Source of the DNA: Acidimicrobiaceae bacterium
GTDB taxonomy: Bacteria; Actinomycetota; Acidimicrobiia; Acidimicrobiales; Aldehydirespiratoraceae
NCBI GenBank assembly: GCA_026706815.1
Contig: JAPOYA010000013.1
Span: 20,378-84,377 of the forward strand
Reading direction: 5' to 3'
DNA: 64,000 bases
Shown here: one piece after another, positions 55,241 through 63,405 of the stretch
How the letters are laid out: each line of letters opens with the position of its first letter
Position numbering within the stretch: position 1 is the stretch's first letter
The notes under the pieces: generated by a model
Databases searched by the model: none
What the model saw: the letters and a program-made list of their open reading frames with translations, nothing else
Told to the model about the DNA's origin: nothing
Position numbers and translations under genes: made by a program

Positions 55241-57717
55241 CAGATTCGGAATCGGACTGTGTTGAGATCGTGGTCATCGGCGGCGGCGCGGTCGGCGCCT
55301 CCATTCTGGCCCATCTCGCCGATGCCGGACGCACCGACGCGGTTCTGCTCGAAAAGCACGAGCTGACAGCCGGCTCGACTTGGCACGCAGCCGGAAACGT
55401 GCCGACATGCTCCAACAGTTGGCTCGGGCAGCGAGCCGGCAACTACGCGTGGCGTCTGTACTCCGAGCTCGCGGCTGATCCCGACAATCCGATCACCTAC
55501 CGCCACACCCGGGCTTTCTGGCCGGGCCATACCTCATCGCGAATCGACCACTTCCATCATCTCATGGGCATAGCCACCGGCCTCGGCTTCGACCTCCACT
55601 TGGTGTCGCCCGCCGAAATGGAAGAAATGCACCCCTTCTGGCACGACGACGGGACTGTGATCGCAGGCCTGCTCGATCCCTACGAGGGTGACATAGACCC
55701 GAGCGCACTCACCCAGAGCCTGGTCCGCAGGGCCAGAACCCTCGGGGCTCAAATCCACCGCAACTGCCGGGTGATCGACATCGAGGCCCTTGCCGGGCTC
55801 AGTGGTGCCGAGTGGCGGGTACACGTCGAGCGCAACGGAGACCGCGCCCGGATCGACTGCGACACAGTCGTCAACGCCGCAGGTTTCTATGGCGGACAGA
55901 TCAGTGCCATGGCCGGCGTTGACGCGCCTTTGGCGGTGGTTGAGCACCAGTACGTCGTGTCCGCGCCAGTGCCGCAACTGGAGTCCGTAACCGAGAGCTT
56001 CCCGTTGGTGCGCGACCCGGAGTTGATGTTCTACCTGCGCCGGGAGCAGAACCGCCTCCTGTTCGGGAACTACGGCCATGAGGGCCGTACCGTTTGGGAG
56101 GAGGGTCTGCCCGACGCGTTCGACTCCTCGCTGTTCCACAACTCGACCGAGGACGTTGCCGAGGCCGCGCAGCGGGCGATCGCCCACGTACCGATTCTGG
56201 GGGAGGTCGGTGTCGCCGAGTTCGTCAACGGCCCGATCGCCTACTCCCCCGACGCGAATCCGCTGGTCGGGCCCGCGCCCGGCGTACCGAACTTCTATCA
56301 GGCTGTCGGTGTGCAGATCGGCATCACCCACGCGGCAGCCGTGGGCAAGGTGCTGACCGAGATGATCACCGGCGGCGACACCGAGTGGGACGTGTGGCCC
56401 TGGGATCCTCGTCGGTTCGGCGACTGGGCCATGAATGGCAGCGGGCGTCACACCTACGCGAACACCCGGGTCCGCGAACTCTACGAGCTGCAGTACGCGG
56501 AGCCGTTCCCGCATCGGATGTGGACCTCGGCTCGTCCCGTCAACCAGAGTCCGCTCTACGGCACATTGGCCGCGAAGGGGGCTCGGTTCGGACAGGTCGC
56601 GGGCTGGGAGCGGGCCTTCTGGTTCGGCGCCGAACCATACGACCATGCCGCTCTCAGCTACCGCGACGAACAGTGGCACGAGGCCGTGGCCGACGAGTGC
56701 CTGGCCGTGCGCGACCATGTCGGCGTCATGGACCACTGCGGCTTCACACGGTTCGAGGTCAGCGGTCGAGGAGCCGTTGCTTTCTTGGACCGCATGTTCT
56801 GCACCAGACTTCCGGAAGTGGGCCGAGTACGACTCGCCTACATGCTGCGACCCAACGGCACCGTGTGGAGTGAGGCGACCATCGGCCGCTTCGCGGAGGA
56901 CCGCTTCATCCTGTTGGGGCCCACCGCAGCTCGTGAACGCGACTTCGATTGGCTCCAGAGCCATCTGCCCGCCGACGGCAGTGTTGCGTTCCGCCACGGC
57001 GCCGAACGGACATCCGCGTTGATGGTGATGGGGCCGCGATCCCGGGAGCTGTTGTCGCGCCTGTCCGACGCGGACGTGTCCCGCGAGGCCGCACCACCGA
57101 TGTCGCTGCGCGAGATCGACGTGGCCGGGGTCAACGCGACGGCGCTGCGGGTCAGTTTCGTGGGTGAACTGGGCTGGGAACTGCACGTAGACGACGCCGA
57201 CGTTGCCGACCTCTACACCGAGCTGCATTCCGCAGGCTCGGATCTAGGCATACGAGACTTCGGCTCCTACGCCCTCAACGCGATGCGAATCGAGAAGGCC
57301 TACCACGGCTGGGGCACCGAGTTCGGGGTGGAGTACACACCCTTCGAGGCTGGTTTGGAACGGTTCGTCGACTTGGACAAGCCTGACTTCGTCGGCAATG
57401 AAGCGGTGCGGGCAGCCTCCTGCGGGCCACACCATTGGTGCTATGGCATATGGACCATCGACCTCGACGGCCTCAACGACTTGCCGGGCGACCCCGCACC
57501 GTCAGCCCCGATCCGGGTCGATGGCAGGCTTGCCGGTTTCGTCACATCGGCGAGCATGGGCTTCCGCACCGGCCAGCGGGTCTGCCTCGGCTACATCGAA
57601 AGCCGTTTCGCCGCTACCAGTGTCAGCTTCACGGTCAACGTGTTCGGCACCGAATGCCCAGCGAAGCGCCACTTCGGCGCTGTGTACGATCCCGCCAGCG
57701 AACGGCCCCGGAGTTGA
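55237..57717 (+). CDS. dimethylglycine/sarcosine-dehydrogenase-type enzyme (FAD oxidoreductase fused to GcvT-like folate-binding domain)
   Basis: 826 aa with an N-terminal VVIGGGAVGASIL dinucleotide fold and C-terminal aminomethyltransferase-like domains. Confidence 0.85.
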   Translation: MTDSESDCVEIVVIGGGAVGASILAHLADAGRTDAVLLEKHELTAGSTWHAAGNVPTCSNSWLGQRAGNYAWRLYSELAADPDNPITYRHTRAFWPGHTSSRIDHFHHLMGIATGLGFDLHLVSPAEMEEMHPFWHDDGTVIAGLLDPYEGDIDPSALTQSLVRRARTLGAQIHRNCRVIDIEALAGLSGAEWRVHVERNGDRARIDCDTVVNAAGFYGGQISAMAGVDAPLAVVEHQYVVSAPVPQLESVTESFPLVRDPELMFYLRREQNRLLFGNYGHEGRTVWEEGLPDAFDSSLFHNSTEDVAEAAQRAIAHVPILGEVGVAEFVNGPIAYSPDANPLVGPAPGVPNFYQAVGVQIGITHAAAVGKVLTEMITGGDTEWDVWPWDPRRFGDWAMNGSGRHTYANTRVRELYELQYAEPFPHRMWTSARPVNQSPLYGTLAAKGARFGQVAGWERAFWFGAEPYDHAALSYRDEQWHEAVADECLAVRDHVGVMDHCGFTRFEVSGRGAVAFLDRMFCTRLPEVGRVRLAYMLRPNGTVWSEATIGRFAEDRFILLGPTAARERDFDWLQSHLPADGSVAFRHGAERTSALMVMGPRSRELLSRLSDADVSREAAPPMSLREIDVAGVNATALRVSFVGELGWELHVDDADVADLYTELHSAGSDLGIRDFGSYALNAMRIEKAYHGWGTEFGVEYTPFEAGLERFVDLDKPDFVGNEAVRAASCGPHHWCYGIWTIDLDGLNDLPGDPAPSAPIRVDGRLAGFVTSASMGFRTGQRVCLGYIESRFAATSVSFTVNVFGTECPAKRHFGAVYDPASERPRS

Positions 57718-57858
57718 CGAAAAGCAAGAACCAATGACCGGCACCGGCCGAAACATGCCGGATCTGCGGTCTGACTGGTAGGTCGTTAGCCACCTGCTCT
57801 GACCGGAACCCGCGCTCAAGGAATCCGTAAACCCCGGTGCCCATTCACCCGCGGACCT
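57678..57858. repeat. diverged copy A of the segment running from the dehydrogenase 3' end to tRNA-fMet
   Basis: Three blocks are shared with copy B in the same order: 41 nt (57678-57718, 36/41 identical), 19 nt (57761-57779, 17/19 identical), and tRNA-like remnants (gaacccgcg; cacccgcggacct). The tRNA-equivalent span is 78 nt, but its acceptor stem cannot pair. Confidence 0.7.
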
Positions 57859-57889
57859 AAAGGTCCTTGAGTTCATCAGCTCGAGGGCG

Positions 57890-58210
57890 TCAGGTGTCGA
57901 TCAGGACTCGACGGTCGTCGAACACCGCAGCGATCTCGACCTCGCCACCGAGTTGATGCACGATCGACCGGAGCACATCGAGTGACAGGCCGATCTCGCC
58001 TTGTTCGATCTGCGAGATGGCCGACTGCGACTTGCCGATCATCTCCGCTAGTTCGACCTGGGTCACACCGAGTGCTTTGCGAAGCTCAGCGAGGCGGTAG
58101 CTCACGATCTCGCCGACCGCTCGTTGCTTGGCCTCATCGATCCGACGAGCGCGTTCGGGGCTTTGGCGCGCTTCGTCTCGGAGCGTGCTGAAGTTCTTTG
58201 TGCTTGGCAT
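57890..58210 (-). CDS. XRE-family HTH antitoxin (HigA-like), apparently orphaned
   Basis: 106 aa starting at ATG 58210. LAELRKALGVTQVELAEMIGKSQSAISQIEQGE is a classic XRE HTH. The start A is shared with the TGA of an upstream toxin-like reading frame. Confidence 0.75.
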   Translation of the reverse strand: MPSTKNFSTLRDEARQSPERARRIDEAKQRAVGEIVSYRLAELRKALGVTQVELAEMIGKSQSAISQIEQGEIGLSLDVLRSIVHQLGGEVEIAAVFDDRRVLIDT

Positions 58211-58353
58211 CAGGTCAGTCCTTCCTGTCGAAGCTCGTCGAGGTGTGTGTCGTAGAGATCGTCGGCAATCGGTGTGTAGTGGTCGTACCACTTGTTCCAG
58301 TTCGCGGCGGTTGTCTTCTTTGCAGAGCATCTGGCAGTTCTCGTCGTCGGTCG
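58210..58353 (-). pseudogene. 3' remnant of a RelE/ParE-superfamily (Gp49/HigB-like) toxin gene
   Basis: The frame ending at TGA 58210-58212 encodes ...NWNKWYDHYTPIADDLYDTHLDELRQEGLT. This resembles the C-terminus (GDK..W..WY...IP.AE.LY..HL) of toxins paired with this antitoxin type. The upstream part is out of frame and is cut off by repeat copy B. Confidence 0.35.
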
Positions 58354-58609
<256 letters not shown>

Positions 58610-58756
58610 CAACGGTAGCGACACTGCTTGTCTGCAACAACCTTCAGTGTTGGGACTACGACTTCAGAGGCAAGCGACCCTGACGGCGTCCCACGCAGAA
58701 CTGAGCCGTGGGCTATCCTCAACGTAAACCTAGGCCAAAGCGAACAATGAGGACGC

Positions 58757-60376
58757 ATGGCCGGCTCTGCAGCAAAACAAAAAACCACTCTGATCGTTGT
58801 TGGCCTGGTACTGGCACTGATGACGGCTGCCTGCGCCGACAACAACGGCTCAACAGACCAGACCCCGTCGACCCCAACTACCACGACCACGATCGCCGCG
58901 ACAACCACAACGCGCGTGCAGGCACCTGAGACGACCGCACCACAGAGCACCACAACCACCGCAGCCGAACCAGCGTTGATCGATTGGGAAGATCTAGAGA
59001 ACCTCAGCTTCGAACTCGACGGTGACACCGTCGAGCTCGACGGCGGCGAGTCCGAGTTGTCCTACGGCGGAGAATCGGCATCGATGTTCCTGCTGCAGAA
59101 CCGGGTCACCCAAGGCGACCTCGACGACGATGGAGACGACGACCTTGTCGCGCACATCATTGAACGGTCCGCAGGAACCGGCGTCTTCCACCTGATCGTT
59201 CCGGTGATCAACAACGACGGGATACCGGCGCCGCAGACACCCGTGTACGTCGGCGACCGCGTCGTCATGGAAGAGATCTCAATCCGAAACGGCCTGATCG
59301 AAGTGACCCTGCTGGACCGCCAAGACGATGAGCCGTTCACCGTCGTCACCCGACGCAACACCCTCGAAATCGACTTGAGCGAGGCAGAACCTCAAGCACG
59401 AGTCGTCGACACAAGACCGCTCAAGGACCTCCCACTACCCGATCTGGACCTGCCCGACATCAGCATTCAGTTCGAGTCCGGGGCAATCTCCGCCACCGAA
59501 TCGGGGGCAATTGAGCCGAACCAGCGGCAAACCTACACTTTGCAGGCCGGCGAGGGGCAGGAACTGAGTGTTGAGCTGACGGCTCCGCTCGGAGTATGGC
59601 TCACCGTCGATCTCGGTTACTTCGTGCTCGTCCCAGCCGAAGACCGAGCCCAGGAAGCGACCGTCACCCTCCCAGTCAGCGGCCCGTGGAGAGTGACCGT
59701 AGTGTCCACCCACGGAGAGACGGCCGACTACGAGATGACGGCAACGGTGCTGCCTCTCGGTCCACCCTCAGAACCCAGTCTGACGCCGCCGCCGACGCTG
59801 CCCGCAGCACCAACCAGTGATTCCGGTGATGTCGTGTATCTCACGATCGACGACGGCCCGCACCCCGTATACACGCCGCAAATCCTCGACATCCTCGCCC
59901 GGCACAACGCCCGAGCCACCTTCTTCGTCGTCGGGTATCTGGTGGAGCGATACCCGGCCGTCATTGAGCGGATTGTGGCCGAGGGGCACCAAGTCGGAAA
60001 CCACACCTGGCGACACGAGGACCTGACCACGCTTTCGAGAGAATCCTTCGACGAAACGGTCGCCAGAACCCAGGAGATCCTCGGCGAACATGCGACGCCG
60101 TGTCTACGACCGCCTTATGGATCCAGAGACGCGTTCACCCGCGAATGGGCGGCTTCTCATGGGCTGGCTCTGGCTCTGTGGACGGTCGACACCTTTGACT
60201 GGCGCAACCCGGGCGCGGTGACGATCGCCGACCGAATCGTGGCCGGAGCGACCGACGGAGCGATCATTTCATTGCACGACGGCGGCGGCGACCGGTCCCA
60301 AACCGTGGAAGCCCTCGAAGATGCCCTCAGTCGCCTCTCCGACACCAGTATTCGCTTCGAACCGCTCTGTCTATGA
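58757..60376 (+). CDS. secreted lipoprotein with C-terminal polysaccharide deacetylase (NodB) domain
   Basis: The lipobox is LMTAACA, followed by a Thr-rich linker and a central domain of unknown function. The C-terminal part has YLTIDDGP...FFVVG...GNHTWRH. Confidence 0.8.
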   Translation: MAGSAAKQKTTLIVVGLVLALMTAACADNNGSTDQTPSTPTTTTTIAATTTTRVQAPETTAPQSTTTTAAEPALIDWEDLENLSFELDGDTVELDGGESELSYGGESASMFLLQNRVTQGDLDDDGDDDLVAHIIERSAGTGVFHLIVPVINNDGIPAPQTPVYVGDRVVMEEISIRNGLIEVTLLDRQDDEPFTVVTRRNTLEIDLSEAEPQARVVDTRPLKDLPLPDLDLPDISIQFESGAISATESGAIEPNQRQTYTLQAGEGQELSVELTAPLGVWLTVDLGYFVLVPAEDRAQEATVTLPVSGPWRVTVVSTHGETADYEMTATVLPLGPPSEPSLTPPPTLPAAPTSDSGDVVYLTIDDGPHPVYTPQILDILARHNARATFFVVGYLVERYPAVIERIVAEGHQVGNHTWRHEDLTTLSRESFDETVARTQEILGEHATPCLRPPYGSRDAFTREWAASHGLALALWTVDTFDWRNPGAVTIADRIVAGATDGAIISLHDGGGDRSQTVEALEDALSRLSDTSIRFEPLCL

Positions 60377-60403
60377 CAAGAGCGCCGCGAACAAGCGAAC
60401 AAG

Positions 60404-61222
60404 CTAGAACGGGCGGTCGCCGACAACCGTGACTCGCTCCATCAGTCGGTGCTCGGGCAGGAAATCAGCGGACGCTGCGTGCTGCACACACCGGTTGTCC
60501 CACATCACGAACGTGTCGACGTTCCAACGCACGCGGCACTGCACCGAGGGATTCCGGATCGCCCACTCAAGATGCCGCAGAATCTCACGGCTCTCCTCTT
60601 CAGAGAGCCCATCAATATGGGACGTGAAACCGATATTGGTGTAGATCCCTCGGGCGCCTGTGACCGGGTGCGTTCTTATGACCGGATGGCGTTGCGGCGG
60701 ATACTGTGTCCGGATCCTCTCGGTTTCAGAAGGCTCAACCCGATCCTCAAAAACCCGAGAGTAGTCGTGGATCGCATACAGGTCATCCACCCTTTGCCTC
60801 CAATCGTCGGAGAGACGCCGGTAAGCCGCCGTGGCATCGGCAAAACAGGTGTCCCCGCCAACCGGGGGAACAATCCGCCCGCGCAGGATCGAGCCCATCG
60901 ACGGCTCGGCCCGCCAAGTCACATCGCTGTGCCAACCCGCGGCAACAAAGGTCTTGCCGCTTGCTCCGCCGGCTTCCAGCACGACCACTTCGGGGTAGTC
61001 CTCGTCGTTGTCGGTGAACGGGTGGACCTCGAGGTCCCCGAACAACCGTCCGAAAGCAATGTGCTCCTCGGTGGTGATGTGCTGATCGCGCAGGACCAGC
61101 ACCTTGTAGTCGAGCCAGGCCTTCTTGAGCTTGTCGAGGGTGACGCCATCGACGTCGGCCATGTCTACTCCTGATATTTCAGCTCCCAGCGTTGCGGTGA
61201 TTGGCGAGACCTCCATTCCCAT
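60404..61222 (-). CDS. TauD/TfdA-family Fe(II)/2-oxoglutarate dioxygenase
   Basis: 272 aa with the HSD (WHSDVTW) facial-triad pattern and the family-typical N-terminus. Its start abuts the stop of the upstream lipoprotein gene. Confidence 0.8.
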   Translation of the reverse strand: MGMEVSPITATLGAEISGVDMADVDGVTLDKLKKAWLDYKVLVLRDQHITTEEHIAFGRLFGDLEVHPFTDNDEDYPEVVVLEAGGASGKTFVAAGWHSDVTWRAEPSMGSILRGRIVPPVGGDTCFADATAAYRRLSDDWRQRVDDLYAIHDYSRVFEDRVEPSETERIRTQYPPQRHPVIRTHPVTGARGIYTNIGFTSHIDGLSEEESREILRHLEWAIRNPSVQCRVRWNVDTFVMWDNRCVQHAASADFLPEHRLMERVTVVGDRPF

Positions 61223-61819
61223 TCAGCTCCAACTCTCCGGGTCCACTGGGTCACCTCCGAGCACGATGTCGTTATAGGCGGGATCGGGCGTGACCGAAAC
61301 ATCTGGCCCCGCCCAAATGTTCGCTGCGGTTGCCACCTCGGCTCGAGCGCCTCCTGTGCCCCACTGCACGTACGCCAGGATGTTGTCGGGCGACCCGAAG
61401 TCGCTGTTGTTCGCGTACAGCGCCGCTTCGCCGCCGGCCGAGTTCAGTCCTCCGACCGCCGAAGCAGGTATCTCAACTGTCGCCCCCGCGTCGATGACGG
61501 CACCGGTCACCTCCGTTCCGAGGTCGGTGTATTGCGGGAACTGGCAGATGTAGATGCCGTTGACATTGGCTTCGGTGTTGCCGCGGTTCTGAACCCGCAC
61601 GAAACCGCCGTCTCCGAACTGGACCCCGGTGATCACCAGATCGCCGAGGGCCACGGCGTCCTGGGGGATCGGCACAGTGGTCGACGTCGTGGATGTGGTC
61701 GGGGCGGTCTCTGTTGGCTGAGACTCAACGCTTTCGTCGGAGTCATCGCCACCGCAGCCCGCCAGCAACAGCGCAAAGGTCACCAGACACGTTGTCATCC
61801 CAAGGCGAATGGACCGCAT
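61223..61819 (-). CDS. lipoprotein with lamin-tail-domain-like beta-sandwich
   Basis: The ATG at 61819 lies 6 nt after GGGAGG. The lipobox is LLAGCG. The VITGVQFGDGGFVRVQNRGNTEANVNG pattern resembles LTD domains, but the assignment is tentative. Confidence 0.5.
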   Translation of the reverse strand: MRSIRLGMTTCLVTFALLLAGCGGDDSDESVESQPTETAPTTSTTSTTVPIPQDAVALGDLVITGVQFGDGGFVRVQNRGNTEANVNGIYICQFPQYTDLGTEVTGAVIDAGATVEIPASAVGGLNSAGGEAALYANNSDFGSPDNILAYVQWGTGGARAEVATAANIWAGPDVSVTPDPAYNDIVLGGDPVDPESWS

Positions 61820-61915
61820 GAGACCTCCCTCTTCGTCCTCGACACTAGAGACCGCGCGCACAAGCCCCAACAAGCTGAGACCTCAATCCACGCATGCTTG
61901 AGAATACACCACGCT

Positions 61916-61952
61916 CATGGGGGGAGTCCCTCCCGCTGAGGGACCCCCCATG
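61916..61952 (-). terminator. GC-rich hairpin (9 + 6 bp stem, 2-nt bulge, 5-nt loop), possible displaced terminator of the ABC-permease operon
   Basis: The sequence catggggggAGtccctc-ccgct-gagggaccccccatg has no U-tract. It lies 140 nt downstream (minus-strand sense) of the duplicated permease 3' end. Confidence 0.4.
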
Positions 61953-62091
61953 AAACGCGTCCCGATGTGTCCGCCGCTCACATCGAGTACGTCCGCCGAA
62001 CAGACATGTTGGCAGGACTCGAAGACAAACTGAGTCGGCAATCCGACACAAAGAGTGTCAGATATCCGACACAAGCCGCGACGCGGTTAAC

Positions 62092-62231
62092 TCAGTGCAC
62101 ATCGAAGCGGCGAAGCACGACCGCCCAAGTCAGCACGGAGCTGACCGCGACCAACGCCAGAGAGGCCACCGCGCCTTGAGCGAGGGCTCCACGTTCACCT
62201 GCGCCCCAGACCTCCGTCGCTAGCGTGTCGA
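62092..62231 (-). repeat. 140-bp direct repeat, copy 1: detached copy of the last 46 codons + stop of the ABC permease gene
   Basis: 137/140 nt are identical to 63266-63405. All three differences are synonymous third-codon positions in the permease frame. Confidence 0.9.
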
Positions 62232-63265
62232 CTTAGTCGGTACTATTGTCTGTTGTCGCCCGTGTTCACCGAATTATCGTGGTGTGTTCGGCATGCCTAA
62301 CCATCGCCTGAGGAGGTCTCAACGTGAACTCAGAGGGCGCATATTGCTGGATGTCTGCCTAGAGTCATGATTTTGCTCTGTGCGAGTCGTTTGGCGGCTG
62401 CCGGACTGATCGTCACCTTGATCACTAGTTGCGGGAACCGAAATCAGGATGCCGGGTTGGTCGACAGTGTTGAACCTGTCCACGGAGATGATGCGATTGA
62501 GGAGCCACTGAAACCCAGCGCTCCCAATCAAGACGAGTCTGTTGAGAACCTTCTTGACGATCCTGATGAGGACCTGCCGGAAGAAAATCTTCTTGAAGAG
62601 GCTGGAGCGTGGCTGGAAACACAAGAATTACCCGATGAAGGGGTACCACAGGGTTTCATCGCTATCGACCGTCTTCTCGGGGAATGCGTTCGAAGCTTTG
62701 GCATTGAAGTACTTGAACCCGAAGCTGCGTATCGTTCCGGGGTGTACTACTTTCGTTCCGGGGATCAACTCGAGCGAGTGACATTGATCAATGCGGCGTG
62801 CGAGAACGCGCTTTCTGACCGAGGAGTCATCCTCAACGCCGACTCTGCGGCCTTTACCATTGTGTATGAATCCTACGTTGAGGTACACAGCTGCCTCATT
62901 GAGAACGGATTCCCCACCACCTATCCTCCAACACTCGACGCTTTCATCGATTCTCCCCATGCCTGGACGCCTTGGAAGGAGATGATCGGCAATTCGAGTC
63001 CTATTTTCCTCGAATCGCCACCCGCTGATGGGCCACTGACGACATATTACGAGTCATTGCTCATCTGCCCTCGCCCGTGAAGTTGTACTCGGATGCAGTT
63101 GCCCTCTCCAGATGAAACAAAGCGCAGGTACTGCCTGTTGATACCGCGCGCGCGAAAAATCGGGCTCTTGGTGATAGGTTTCGCTACCGGTGTTGGCTTG
63201 ACGATTTGGGCTGGCGCGTTTATCTGGGCATCACCCCGACGAACACCCGCCTTGAACAGTCAAAA
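62232..63265. mobile_element. 1,034-bp lower-GC insert bounded by the 140-bp direct repeats (no recombinase gene)
   Basis: A hand count of 62581-62640 gives 27/60 G+C, against 40/60 for 63421-63480 in the flanking permease gene. The insert contains one lipoprotein ORF and one short TM ORF. Confidence 0.5.
62367..63080 (+). CDS. lipoprotein of unknown function carried on the insert
   Basis: 237 aa. The lipobox is LITSCG, followed by an acidic linker and a Cys-containing globular part. I do not recognise a family. Confidence 0.5.
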   Translation: MILLCASRLAAAGLIVTLITSCGNRNQDAGLVDSVEPVHGDDAIEEPLKPSAPNQDESVENLLDDPDEDLPEENLLEEAGAWLETQELPDEGVPQGFIAIDRLLGECVRSFGIEVLEPEAAYRSGVYYFRSGDQLERVTLINAACENALSDRGVILNADSAAFTIVYESYVEVHSCLIENGFPTTYPPTLDAFIDSPHAWTPWKEMIGNSSPIFLESPPADGPLTTYYESLLICPRP

Positions 63266-63405
63266 TCAGTGCACATCGAAGCGGCGAAGCACGACCGCCC
63301 AGGTCAGCACGGAGCTGACCGCGACCAACGCCAGAGAGGCCACCGCGCCTTGAGCGAGAGCTCCCCGTTCACCTGCGCCCCAGACCTCCGTCGCTAGCGT
63401 GTCGA
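63266..63405 (-). repeat. 140-bp direct repeat, copy 2 (functional 3' end of the permease gene)
   Basis: See copy 1. This copy is contiguous with the rest of the permease ORF. Confidence 0.9.

Noticed and set aside
57776-57853. A second tRNA-length (78-nt) element resembling tRNA-fMet.
   Set aside because: The 5' CGCGGGU cannot pair with the 3' strand (…ACGACCU-A-CCA), and the anticodon and D arms are not recoverable. I treat it as a decayed duplicate, not a gene.
63093-63353. An 86-aa plus-strand ORF at the right end of the low-GC insert.
   Set aside because: Its last about 29 codons are simply the antisense of the permease 3' end, and the same tail appears in ORF 61967..62179. Only the N-terminal TM-like part (to about 63265) could be genuine, and that is unsupported.
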